Positions 16,989 through 30,999 of a stretch of DNA of 64,000 nucleotides are shown here, piece by piece. The stretch is from the NCBI RefSeq assembly GCF_009914755.1, contig NC_060934.1; one strand, given 5' to 3'. The stretch's first letter is position 1; every line of letters begins with the position of its first letter. The stretch is from the human T2T-CHM13v2.0 reference genome, Homo sapiens. The position numbers and the translations under genes are program-made. The notes under the pieces are model-generated. The model was given only the letters and a program-made list of their open reading frames with translations, was not told the DNA's origin and did no database searches.

Positions 16989-17997
16989 TCAAAAAATGGT
17001 TGTAAGGTCCAAATACAATGAATTCATTTTTCTTCATCTCCTGGAATGTTTCTGATGTTTCACTAGTGTTTATGGAATGAGCTGGACTCTGTGGGAGATA
17101 GCAGAAAGCAGTGTGATTTTCCCACACTGCCCCTGCAAATCTAGTTTCTAGTCTCATAGTTCTCACCTTTTAGGACTTTCAGGAAGACACCATGGCTTTA
17201 TTTTTTTAACTTAGTAACAACTTTAACCTTAGACAATGACAACAAAATAAAAGGAAGAAAGAAAATGGGAAGAAAGCAAAAACCAAAACCAAAACAAAAA
17301 ATTCTAGTCTAGCCAACTCTCACCCATTAATGCTTCTGTCCTCCCACCACTCTGGCCCCCCTTAGATTTGGCAGTCTGCAGTGGAGGAGAAGGGTTGAGC
17401 CTCTCTTTCTTTTATTTCTGCAATTTGAGATTCTCCAACTATCTGGTGCAGAGGAGAGGGAGAAACGTTAAGGGAACAGAAACAAGTGTCAATTGACAGT
17501 AACCTGCTGCCTTTGGTTCCCAGGAGGGTCCATGCTGGCCTGGCATCCTGCAATGCCCTTCACAAGAGCAGTGCCTCACTGGCTTCTGTCCTAGGACCTG
17601 CCCTTCTGCTGGCATCCTGTCACCTCTCCAGATGGTCCTTGTCAGCAGGCTTCTGCCCCATCACCCCTCCTGCTCTTCTGTGAAATTTTTCTGGCAAGTC
17701 CCATACCAGTCCTCACATTCCTCAGACCCAGGAATGCTTGTCAAGCTCTCCAAGAGGTCTAAAACTCCACTCTTGCTTGGCTCAAAGGAGAAATACTCTC
17801 TTTCTCTCTCCCATTTACAGGTCAGCACTCCATGTTGCCTGCTTTCCCCAAAATGGTCCTCTTGACCAGCTTTGTCCATTTCCAAATTCAAGATCTCTCT
17901 TATATTTCCTGGAGATGGATGATGGGCTAGTACTGGCCAATTAAGCTGCTCCACCAAGTCCTGGAATGTCCTTCAAAGAACATCCTGCTGGCATCTA

Positions 17998-18159
17998 TTT
18001 TTTTTTTCTTTTTAGATAGGGTCTTGCTCTGTCACCCAGGCTGGAGTACAGTGGCATGATCGTTGCTCACTGCAGCTTCTAACTTCTGGGCTGAAGCCAT
18101 CCTCCTGTCTTGGCTTCCCAAGGCACTGGAATTACAGGCATGAACCACCACACCCAGCC
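17998..18159 (-). mobile_element. Alu monomer (FRAM-like)
   Basis: Single arm with T tail. Confidence 0.8.
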
Positions 18160-18429
18160 ACACCTCACTTTTGAGCAGTATTTTGTTATTTACTTTTGGG
18201 GCTTTGGATGAAACTGAAACCCAAGAGTCCCATTTTAACATCCCATCTTAGGGTGGCTTACTAAAAAATGTATTACCCTTTAGTTTAAATCCCAGCCTAA
18301 TCATGTGACCACTTGTCCTTCATCGAGAGGTTCTTTCTGACAACTGTCAAGTTGACAGGAGCAACAGACATCCAGGCCTGAGGGCCTGAGTATGACAAAG
18401 TTCAATCAGGCTGCACAATTCACTTATCA

Positions 18430-18810
<381 letters not shown>

Positions 18811-19039
18811 TCAAGGAAAGTGTTTTTGGAATTTCAATTGTCTCATTAACTTTCTAAAATAAAATTTCTATATTTTGGTGCCATCATTCTCATTAAGGTC
18901 CCGGTGTTAGTTTGCAACATTTAAACTAGGGAATAATTACTCTGTGAACATTTAGATTGACTAGGACAATACTGGATGGGAAGCAAGTCAATTGCTTACT
19001 TCAAAGGCGATATATCAACCTTTTTAGATAATGAAGGTT

Positions 19040-19700
19040 TTTATAATAGAGATATTAACTTTTATCATTTAGTTAAGATGGTGTCAGTATTAACTTTCTT
19101 CACTCTAAAGTTAATAAGTATTATACTTACTAATTAATACATGTTATACTCCTTAATTAATATGCATTTACTCCCAGTTAAAGTATTAATATGCATTGGT
19201 AGGGAGATATTTTAGTACTTCCGTAAGACAAACTTTTTCCTGAAATAAATAAATGCATTAGTTATTCACTTATTTACTTATAACAGTGAGCTCATGGATT
19301 CCTATTTTACTCAAATGGTTACAATTCATAATTATCATTATTTATTTTGATGCATGGATTTTCCCAGATTGGCCAAGTGGAATGAAGGAAGCCCCTACCA
19401 GCTGACTCCTGTGTTCTGACATGCCTTCATAATTTTTTGAGCATTTCCTTGCTTCAGTTACGACAAATATTGCAGGTCCTTCTTCCATTTTCCCTGTCCC
19501 TGCCCTGGAGTTGGCTACTCCTCCAAAAAGCCCTGGTTTCTTTTAGTGTAGAATATCATTTAAATCTAAAAGCTGAACTCTAGGTGTACTCATTGCTATA
19601 GGAGTGTCACTGCCTCTAGGCGCTCTCCATAGACAGAACTAGGATATACATAAATGTATCTACACACTTATATATACACATTCACATACATCTATATAGT
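19040..19700 (-). mobile_element. Old L1MC-type 3' fragment
   Basis: Reverse-complement similarity to the L1MC-like block at 44.5-45.3 kb. Confidence 0.55.
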
Positions 19701-19714
19701 TGCATATATGTATC

Positions 19715-20060
19715 TGTGATGATTAATTTTATGCATCAACTTGGCTAGGCCATGGTACTCTTTTTCAAACGTTAAATGTTGCTGGTATTTTTAGATGAGA
19801 TAAATATTTAAATAGGTAGCTCTGAGTAAGGCAGATTACCCTTCATACTTCCATCATGTAGATGGAGCTCATCCAATAGGTTGAAGGCCTTCTCAGAAAA
19901 AGACTGAGATTCTCTGAGGAAGAAGAAATTCTCCTAGAGGACTGTGTTCGGACTCAAGCTATAACATCAAGTCTTTCCTGGGTCTCCAGCCTGCTGGTCT
20001 GCCTTGCAAATTTCAAACTTGCCAGCCCCCATAATTACATGAACCAATTCCTCAAAATCT
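19715..20060. mobile_element. MLT2 (ERVL) LTR
   Basis: Starts tgtgatgattaattttatgcatcaacttggctaggcc. Confidence 0.75.
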
Positions 20061-21072
20061 CTTTTATCACCTCCCCACCCTCTCTTCTCTTTCCCTGTTT
20101 TCTCCCCATCTCCCCCAAATATTCATTGTCCTTCAGGGCTCAGCATAGGAATCACCTTTTCCTAAAAGTCTTCCTTAACTATTCACCCAAATTGACAGAG
20201 AGTTATGCACCCACTGGGTACAAACCTCCAATGTGGACTGTAATTGCTAAGTTTATTATCTCTCTTGACCACTGGATTATCCACAATGAGTACAAGGACT
20301 GGCTCTGGGCCTGTGCTGGAAAATCAGACAATGGGTGGATGAAATGAATCAAAACGTGAGTGAAAGAACAGTTAAAGACCTCGACATTATGGATTGCCTT
20401 TATTCTAGGAAATTTCCACTAGGAATTCATGATCTATTTCCAGTACCATGGTGTAGGTCGAGATATCTTGACACTCTTCTTGATCATATTCAACCCTTTA
20501 TTCAATAAAATTTGTCAAAAACCTATTACATGCCACGCAGTCTGCTGGGAGAAGAATACAAAGATGAGTAAGACTCGGTCCCTGCTCTGCAGGAAGAGTC
20601 TAGTGGACAGATCAATATGTACTGGGTAAATGTGATACAATTCACTGTAGCTATTATACAGCAGAGAAAGAGCAAGAAGGGACATTATGTGAAAATTCCA
20701 GGGAGGTGGTTAATAACTTGAGGAGAGCTGAGGGAAGCAGGCGACGGCCCAGTATTGTGGGAGGGTAAAGTTTTAGCTAAGAAGTGGAAACAGATAAAAG
20801 TGAAGACATAAAAGGACCTTCTAAGCCATGCTAAGGCACTTAAACTTCATCCTAAAGGCATGGAGGAAACACTGAAGGATTTAAACAGGGCAGGATATGG
20901 TCAGACTTGTGTTTTGAACGACCACCCAGATGACTGGGCAGACGATGGACTTAATGAAGACCAAAAGGGATAAGAAGGCACCAGCCACAGGCCAGGTGAG
21001 CAACGCTGACTATCGAAACTAGTTCAGAGGCAAACAAGACGTGGATTTAGGAGGTAAAAAAACTGGCAGGAT

Positions 21073-21287
<215 letters not shown>

Positions 21288-21309
21288 TTACTAAATATGA
21301 AAGATGAAT

Positions 21310-21885
<576 letters not shown>

Positions 21886-21990
21886 AACTCTTTATCTTTG
21901 CTGTATTCGATTGACCAGAAGCAAAAGTTAAATAAATTTAGAAACTTGTTCATAGCTGAAAAAAAAAGTACAGGTACTTGTGACCTTAAC

Positions 21991-22009
21991 TGGTCTCCAG
22001 AGGGCAGCA
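21991..22009 (+). promoter_or_regulatory. Candidate CTCF site TGGTCTCCAGAGGGCAGCA
   Basis: Close match to the CTCF core CCASYAGRKGGCRS, in non-repeat sequence. Confidence 0.45.
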
Positions 22010-22424
22010 GAGAGTCATTTATACTTGTCAATCTACAAAAAGTGTATATAGCACTTCGTTTTATTTTCAACTTTCCTCTGTTCTTCCTTATGACTAAGCC
22101 TTAACAAACTGGGCGGCCAGGATCTGGAAGGCTGTCTGAGGTCATGGATCAAAGTGATGCCAACAAGCCAAAGCAAAGATTCCAATAATGACTTTAATTT
22201 AATTTAATATAAACAATTTTTTCTTAAGTCAACTAACCACAATTAAGCATATTTAACCAACACATATTTATGAAAAACTGATGAATACGAAGAATTTAAT
22301 CATTTCATAGCTTTCTACTCCTAGAAGTATAAAGCATATGGACAAAGAGTAATATTCATTATTCAGCTATATTTTTGAACATTTGATATACATTAGAAAT
22401 AGATCAATGTCCCAGAAATTGTAG

Positions 22425-22763
<339 letters not shown>

Positions 22764-22850
22764 AAAGCATGTTTTTAAAAACCACGAAATTCTGACTTAC
22801 TCTCTCATTATAAACAAGAATAATACCGGATAAGATAGATTAAATGCATC

Positions 22851-23007
22851 TTTTTTTTTTCTTTTAGAGACAGGGTCATGCTCCGTCACTCAGGCTGGAG
22901 TATAGCAGCACAATCATGGCTCACTGTAACGTCAGACTCCTGGGTTCAAGCAGTCCTCCCACCTCAGCCTCCTCAGTAGGTAGGACTACAAGCATGTGCC
23001 ACCATGC
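22851..23007 (-). mobile_element. Alu right arm abutting MER52
   Basis: Right arm only. Confidence 0.8.
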
Positions 23008-24604
23008 TGTCACAGGATCCTTGGGGTGTTGCTTTGCCAGCCAGAAACCTCTGTGGTCAGTGGCACTTTTGCCTGAGTTTTGCCCAGGCCTGCTGTGCTC
23101 ATTCCACCCGCTTGGCCGGGCAGGCTGTGCTCGGCTCATACTACCAGCCTGGATCCCATGCCTGCCAAGGGCAAGCCAGATGCAGAGTGACAAGGGGTGC
23201 ATGAGTGAGTGCAGGGTCCAGCCACTACACACAGCTAGGCATGCCAGCTGCAGCAGGGCAGGCAGCACCAGGTGCTGACAAAGGTGCCAGCTCCCTGCAA
23301 GGCTGCAGCTGGACCAGGTATACCACAAGTGGCTTCCACTGCTGGCATAGGGGAACACAGTGGCACCTGGAAGCTTGGAGACACCAGGAACTGCAGAGCC
23401 CCAAAGAGGGTGTCACAACACTGGCTCAGGGAGCTCCTAGGTCTGGGCGCCCCCAAGGGCTGCAGCTCTTCTCTCCGTCTTGTTGCCTGCAGTGTGGTGA
23501 GCGAGGGGTGTGTTTCAGCCCTGTTTTTATTACAGCTTTTTTAGTCCCACCATTTGGTGGGTCCCAAGTTCTCGTCCCACACGCAGGAAGAATGAGATAT
23601 GCAGACAACTGGAGGGTGAGTAAGGCAAAGAGGTGCTTTATTGAGCAACAGTACAGCTTGCAGGAGATCTGAAGTGGGTAGCTCCTTTCTGCAAGCAGGT
23701 CATCCCAGCATCTGCTCAGCTCCCAGCTAAGAGAAGACCCACAGTGGGTAGCTCCTTTCTGCAGGCAGGTCATCCTGATATCTGTTCAGCTCTTAGCTGA
23801 GAGAAGACCCCACAGCGAATAACTCCTCTCTGCAGGCAGGTCATCCCCACTTCTGCCAGAGTCTGGCTGAGTCTAGGGTTTTTATGGGCTTCAGAGGGGA
23901 GGAAGCTCATGCTGATTGGTCAATGGGCAGCCATAGGTGGGCCTGAAAAAAGCACCATAAGTTCTCACTCCAGTCTGTGGAACTGGCAGCCTGGCCCCCA
24001 GGCTTCAGGCCACCTCTGGGTTGAAGGTGGAGCTTCACCAGCGACACATCCCTTTCCACTCGGGAGCCTGTCGCTTCCTGCTGCTGTTCATGGTGCCCAG
24101 GCTGTTCATGCCAAGGGACACCTGCAGGCCTGTGCTGTGCCACCCTCAGTGCCCCCTTGGCCTCCCTCCCATGCTTGTTGGCACCCAAACTCTGGAGGGG
24201 GCCAAGGCAGCAGAGGGCTGGTGTGTCAGCACCATCCCAAGCACACACACACCTGGCTGGGTCATAACAGCGCCTGGGCTTGGCCACAACTTTGCTTCAA
24301 AATCAGAGTGGGTGCCAGGAGTGAGGAGAGGCCAGGCAGCAGGAGTAGGCACTTCCGAGCCTGTGGGAGCAGGGGGGCTTCCTAGGCCCCCAAGAGCACA
24401 GGGATGCCTGGGTCTGCAGCCATGGCTGGGCAGCTGCAGCTGCCTCTAGGAGCGTGGAGCTCCCCCATCACCAACTCAGAAGGTGAGCACCACTCCTGCT
24501 TGTTCCTGGCTCCTGCCAGCTTAGTAGAGTGTACAGCCCTGGCCATATCTCCCCTGCTGCAGCCGGCATCTTTGCAGCAGCTGCTCCAGACAGGCCACTG
24601 CTGA
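23008..24604 (-). mobile_element. MER52-family ERV1 solo LTR
   Basis: On the minus strand it starts cagcagtggcctgtctggagcagctgctgc and ends ccccaaggatcctgtgaca. Internal ~60-bp repeats at 23670-23850; AATAAA at 23637-23642. Confidence 0.8.
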
Positions 24605-24846
24605 AATGATTACATGGTTTATGGATGAAAAATGAAGTGACAAAAAATATTTATTCTCAGTTGCATAACTGTTTACATAGAAAGCCCCAAAGAGTCTATA
24701 GAAAACTTATTAAAATAAACACAAGAATTTAGCAAGATTTTTGGTTACAAAATCAATATATATAAAACTGCTACAGATAATGCTCATTTTCCCTCCTTCC
24801 CTCTTTCTCTTTCTTCCTTCCGTCTTCTTCCATTAAATATTAATTA

Positions 24847-25152
24847 GGCCAGCACAGTGGCTCATGGTTGTAATCTTAGCACTCTGGAATGCTAAGGCAG
24901 GAGGATTACTTGAGGACAGGAGTTCAAGACCAGCCTGGATAACATAGCAAGATCCCATGTCATATATATATATATATTTAAATTAACTGGGTGTGCTGGT
25001 ACATGCCTGTAGTCCCAGCTACTCAGGAGGCTGAGGCCAGAGGATCACTTGAGTCCAGAAGTTTAAGGCTACAGTGAGCTATGAGCACACCCTACATTCC
25101 AGCCTGGGAGACAGTGAGATCCCTGTCTCTAAAAAAAAAAAAAAAAAAAAAA
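24847..25152 (+). mobile_element. AluJ-like
   Basis: Full dimer with (AT)n in the linker. Confidence 0.88.
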
Positions 25153-25189
25153 AGACCCAAAAATAAAAAGCAAAACAAAGAAAAAAAAA

Positions 25190-26020
25190 AACAAATTCAA
25201 TGAGTCGGGAATTAGTAGAAGCACAGCAGGGATGGCCTATCTCTCCTCTGTAAGACCTGTGACCTCACATAAAAAGAGTCTACATGGCTGGCAGCTGGAG
25301 TCATCTGGACGCTTCTCCACTCATATTTTTGACTCCTGGGCTGGGGTGACTCAAAGGCTGGGCTCAGATGAGCCTGGAGACCCAGTAGTACCTACATGTA
25401 GATCTTCCATATGGCATGGGCTTTTGTCAGCATGGTAGCTCAATTCAGGGAGGGACAATGTAGAGGGGAAACATTCAGAGTGAATAAGGATGAACTTGCA
25501 AGACTTCTTTTGACGTTAACTTAAAAGTCACGCAGCTTCACTTCCTCCACATTCTGTGTTTATCAGCAAGTCACTAAGGGCAGCCCTGATTCAAGGGAGG
25601 GGAATCAGATTCCACCTCTTGATGGGAGAGAAACATTGCACAAGAGCAGGTAAGTGGGAGACAGTGTCACAGATGCCTTTGGAAACACAGTTTGGCACAG
25701 AGTCACAGAGATCGTTAGCAGAGCAATCTGTCCTGGGATGTTTTCAGCTGCAAGTAACTGAAAAGCCAACTAACAGTGGCTTAGACACTGAGGGGTTGTT
25801 ATCTCATGAATAAGAGGCCAGAGGCAGGGCAAGTCCAGGGTTACTTTCATGGCTCCATGACATTACCAAGGACCCCTCTGCTTCTTATCTTTCCACCTTG
25901 CTACCTTCAGCACATCCAGAGTATCTCAATGTTTGGTTTCACAGTGGCTGCAGCAAATCCAAGCATCAGAAGGAGACATAAAATGTCAAGCAAAGAAAAA
26001 GAAAGGGTCTTCCATGAGAA
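25190..26020. mobile_element. MLT1 (MaLR) LTR fragments
   Basis: MLT1-type motifs (cacttcctccacattct...aagtcactaagggcagccc; cagctgcaagtaactgaaaagcc). Confidence 0.55.
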
Positions 26021-26024
26021 CCCT

Positions 26025-26757
26025 TTTTTTTCTTTCCAATTTTTGTTTTAGGTTCAGAGGGTACATGTACAGGTTTATTACATGGGTAAATTGCACGTCA
26101 CAGGGTTTGGTGTACAGATTATTTCATCATGCAGGTAATAAGCATAGTACTCAATAGGTAGTTTTTTGATCTTCACCCTCCTCCCACCCTCCACCCTCAA
26201 GTAGGCCCCTGTGTCTATTGTTCCCTTCTTTGTGTCCATATGTTCTCAATGTTTAGCTCCCACTCATAAGTAAGAACATGCAGTATTTGGTTTTCTGTTC
26301 CAATATTAATTTGTTTAGAATAGTGGCCTCCAGCTCCATCCATGTTGCTGCAAAGGATGTGATTTTATTATTTTTTATGGCTGTGTAATATTCCATGGTG
26401 TATATGTACCACATTTTTTTTTATCCAGTCCACCGTTGATGGGCATCTAGGTTAATTTCATGTCTTTGCTATTGTGAGCAGTGCTGCAATGAACACACAC
26501 ATGCAGGTGTCTTTATGGTAGAATGATTTATCTTTCTTTGGATATATAACCAGCAAAGGGATTGCTTGGTCAAACGGTAGTTCTGTTTTAATTTCTTTGA
26601 GAAATCTTCAGACTGCTTTCCACAGTGGCTGAACTAATTTACATTCCCATCAGCAGTGTATAAGCAAGTGTTCCCTTTTCTCTGCAACCTCACCAGCATC
26701 TGTTATTTTTTTGACTTTTTAATAATAACCATTCTGACCAGTGTGAAGTGATATCTT
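26025..26757 (-). mobile_element. L1PB/L1PA-type 3' end
   Basis: Antisense L1 3' UTR and ORF2 tail. Confidence 0.88.
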
Positions 26758-27730
26758 CAGGAGTCCCTTTTACTGAGAAAGAACAACCTCCTCCAAAATC
26801 TCACAGCCAACTCACCTTCAGGTCTCATTGGTTAGGGACCTGACTTTGCCTATGTCTGTGCTATAGCTGAAAAGGGAGCTGGAAGAGGAAGAATCTAGCA
26901 CTTTGGCTTCTATAGTTGGAAGTGCCCCTGTCAGTAAAAAGCAGTGGGGAGAATGTGCAGTGGAGAGAATGACATTTGAGTAGGCGTCACCACTGTCTGC
27001 CACAGGTACAGGTGACCATTCATGCATTTAGCAATCAGCAGCTGGTTGTTAATTACGTACCAGTCACAGCGCTAAAGGCAGAACCACAGCAGAGAGTAAC
27101 ACACAGGAGATCCTTAAGGTTGACAGTCTGGCATGGAACGGAGATACTTCACAAGCAATTACATAATTAAATACAGATGTGTTGAGTGCTATGATAAGAA
27201 ACTTGTAAACAGTGCCCAAAAAGAAGTATGCAAAAAATTTATTTATGGAAGTATATTGAAATGCGAAGTGAGAATATAGTTATAAATGCTAAACAAAGCA
27301 CAGAGTCTTTGCTGAGTCTAAGAAAACCACTAAAGGCAGGAATTTTCCCATTGTGAAGGAAAATGAAGCATGTGTCTGGCAGATAGAAATGTCCCTGTCA
27401 TTAGAAAAGTTAATCCACCAAGGGTCAGAGACCATTCACTGGAATTTACTACAGATTCTCTGAACTCTCTCTTAGGACCATCTGACCTTAGTCTATTCAG
27501 CTATGGCCTCACCAAATAAACTTTGGATTACTTTGGTACATGCCCAGGTGTCCTGAATACCAGATTAGAATTTTCCAGTTTCTGGAAAGCATTATAATGT
27601 GAGCATAAACAGTCCTAGGCCTGATCCCTCTAAGGTGACCTGAAAATCGAGGAAACAGGCCTTCAGAGCTGGAAACACAGACTGGGAAGCCAAGGTGATC
27701 CCCACTCCTTGCACACAGCAGCTGAAGCTA

Positions 27731-27952
<222 letters not shown>

Positions 27953-28384
27953 CTATTGAAAACTTCAGTTCATAATCATTTCTCCCACCCTGCAGCCGTT
28001 ATGACACATTTTATTTTTACTTATACTCAACCAAAAGCAATAGAGAGATCATATAGATAAAATATATACAGATAATTTGAACACTTCATTTCATTTTTCA
28101 CTTGAGTAAAGTCTTTCAGTGCCTTCCTAGAATTGCTTTTAAAAGTAGTAAAGTCTATTTGTGATGCCTATCTTCTTCTAGTCCTTGTACTTTTTGAATG
28201 GAATATGCTCATGAAAAGAAATCTATACAGCTAGTCTGCAAACTAGAGTTATTTTCCGATTAATCAAATGATTTGATTAGATCTGTTTAGATTAACAATA
28301 GAAGAGAGTGCATTAAAAATAATACCCATGATTCTCATATCAATTCTGATTTCAGCATGGAGTATAAACAAGAAATAGGCTTTA

Positions 28385-28542
28385 TACTTTTCTAAAAAAA
28401 ATTTGTTTTTTAATTTATTTTGTAGAGATGGGGTATTGCTTTGTTGCCCAGGCTGATCTCGAACTCCTGGGCTCAGACTATCCTCCTGTTTCAACCTCTC
28501 AAAGTGCTGGGATTATAGGCCTGAGCCATCGCCTCCCAGCCT
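28385..28542 (-). mobile_element. FLAM/Alu left monomer
   Basis: TSD aaataggcttta. Confidence 0.85.
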
Positions 28543-28809
28543 CAAATAGGCTTTAGAGTCAGATGGTATTGAATTTAAATATCATTGCTCCCTTTAACTA
28601 TCTGTCTGACCTTAAGCAAGTTACTTAACCTTGGCAAGCTGTTTCTTGATCTGTAAATCACGGACAATAGGATTTCCATTTTAACATTTTGAGAGATTTA
28701 AAGAGTAAATATATTTTAAGGGCTTAGCATGGTACTTAACATGGTGTGGTCAGCAAAAGATGGTTTTTGTTTGCTTGTTTTTATGGCACAGAAATAATAG
28801 TAATGTCCG

Positions 28810-29110
28810 TTTGTTTTGTTTTTTGGTTTTCTGAGACGGGGGTCTCGACTTGTCACCCAGGCTAGAGTGCAGTGGTGTGATCATAGCTCACTGAAGCCTT
28901 GAACTCCTGGGCTCAAGTGATTCCCCTGTCTCAGACTCCTAAGTAGCTGAGGACTACAGGCCTGCAACACCACATCTGGCTCATGCTTTTATTCTTCGTA
29001 AAGACAGGGTCTCACGATGTTGCCCAAGCTGGTCTTGAACTCCCAGCTTCAAGCCAGCATCCCACCCTGGCTTCCCAAAGTGGTAGGATTAGAGGCATGT
29101 GTGCTTGGCC
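28810..29110 (-). mobile_element. AluJ-like, flanked by MIR pieces (28545-28770, 29125-29300)
   Basis: Antisense dimer with MIR cores on both sides. Confidence 0.85.
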
Positions 29111-29386
29111 TCTCCTGTTTTTTAACTGGTGACCTTGAACAAGTTAATTAGCCTTTCTGTGCCTCAGTTTTCTCATCTGTAAAAGAGGGAAAATAATTGT
29201 GCCTACTTCATAAGGTAAATGTGAGAATTAAATCAGTTCATATGCTAAGTACTTACACAAGTCCCTGACACATAGTGAAGCTCTGTGTATTAATTACCAC
29301 ATGAGACACAACTAATGCAAATTACACTGCCCTCACAAGTTACTAAATTCTAAACTGCACTGCATACACATCTAAGCACAGTATCA

Positions 29387-29566
<180 letters not shown>

Positions 29567-29580
29567 CTAAAAATGGAAAA

Positions 29581-29892
29581 TATTATCCTTAGCGAAGTAA
29601 CACAGGAACAGAAAACCAAATACTGCATGTTGTCACTTGCTAAGTGGGAGCAAAATGATGAGAACTCATGTGCACAAAGAGGGGAGCAACACACACTGGG
29701 GCCTACTTACGGTGGTGAGCGGGAGGAGGGAGAGGATCAGGGAAAATACCTAGTGGGAAGTAGCATTAGTATCTGGGTGATGAAATCATCTGTACAACAA
29801 ACTCCTGTGACATGAGTTTACCTATGTAACAAACCTGCATATGTACCCCTGAACCTAAAAGTTAAAATATATATATATATACACACATTAAA
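29581..29892 (+). mobile_element. 5'-truncated L1 (L1PB-like) inserted in the exon-3 acceptor tract
   Basis: L1 3' UTR with a 13-bp TSD taaaaatggaaaa at 29568-29580 and 29893-29905. Confidence 0.85.
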
Positions 29893-30376
29893 TAAAAATG
29901 GAAAAAATGTACATTATGATAGAGAGTAAAGGTCCTCTGTGTAAAAATTCCAATTCATTCTCTGGTTCTGGACATATAAGCTGGGTTCCTGGTCAGAGGT
30001 CTGTCCTGATTTTTAAGATGATTGTATGCATTGTGGAATTCCAGTAATTCCATCCTAGGTGGCCAGGCTTTCAAAGTGACAATTAATTTGCCAAACTAAG
30101 ATATGATGATGGACTAAAAGACAAGAGTTTCCTAGCAGTTTCTTCCCACACAGAAGAAAATATCTGTGTTAATATTGGCCTTGTCATACCTCAAAAGGTA
30201 TAGTTCTCAAGATGTGGATTTCAGATCAGAAAAGAGAGGCAAGAATCATCATTTGCTGAGAATCTACTAGCACAAGCATTTAAATATGTAACCAGCATGT
30301 TGACTAAGAACCATTTGTAATAATCAAAACACAATGTATTTTTATCTGCCCCCATCTATTTAAAATGTATTCACTA

Positions 30377-30530
30377 GGGCTCCCACCTGTAATCCCAAAA
30401 CTTTGGGAGGGTAAGGTGGGTGAAACTCAGGTGAGCCCAGGAGTTTGAAACCAGCCTGGGCAATAGAGTGAGACTCCAGCTCTTCAAAAACTTAAAAGAA
30501 GAAAAAAAGAGAGATCTAAAAAAAAAATTT
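30377..30530 (+). mobile_element. Alu left monomer
   Basis: Left arm plus A tail. Confidence 0.75.
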
Positions 30531-30659
30531 ATTCTCTATGTAATCTTCCCCTGCTCTGAATGGAAACGACAAAATCCCATGACTTCTCTATTCATTCATG
30601 GGAACATAGTCCTACATCGCTACAAATACAGCCTCAGAGTAGCATTTAGAATATAACTA

Positions 30660-30920
30660 CCAGGTGAGGTGGCTCATGCCTGTAATCCCAACACTTTGGG
30701 ACGCTGAAGTGGACAGATCACCTGAAGTCAGGAGTTTGAGACCAACCTGGCTGACATGGTGAAACCCTGTCTCTAATAAAAATACAAAAAATTAGCCAAG
30801 TGTGGCAGTGCGCCCCTGTAATCCCAGCCACTTGGGAGCTTGAACCCGGGAGATGGAGGTTGCAGTGAGCCAAGATCGCACCACTGCACTCCAGCCTGGG
30901 CAGCAGAGCAAGACTCCGTC

Positions 30921-30998
<78 letters not shown>

Positions 30999-30999
30999 T
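30660..30999 (+). mobile_element. AluS with a (TA)~30(CA)n tail
   Basis: Dimer with a small internal deletion; microsatellite at 30925-30999. Confidence 0.88.

Noticed and set aside
22916-24604. Dense overlapping ORFs on both strands
   Set aside because: GC-rich MER52 LTR sequence with no protein-like signal.
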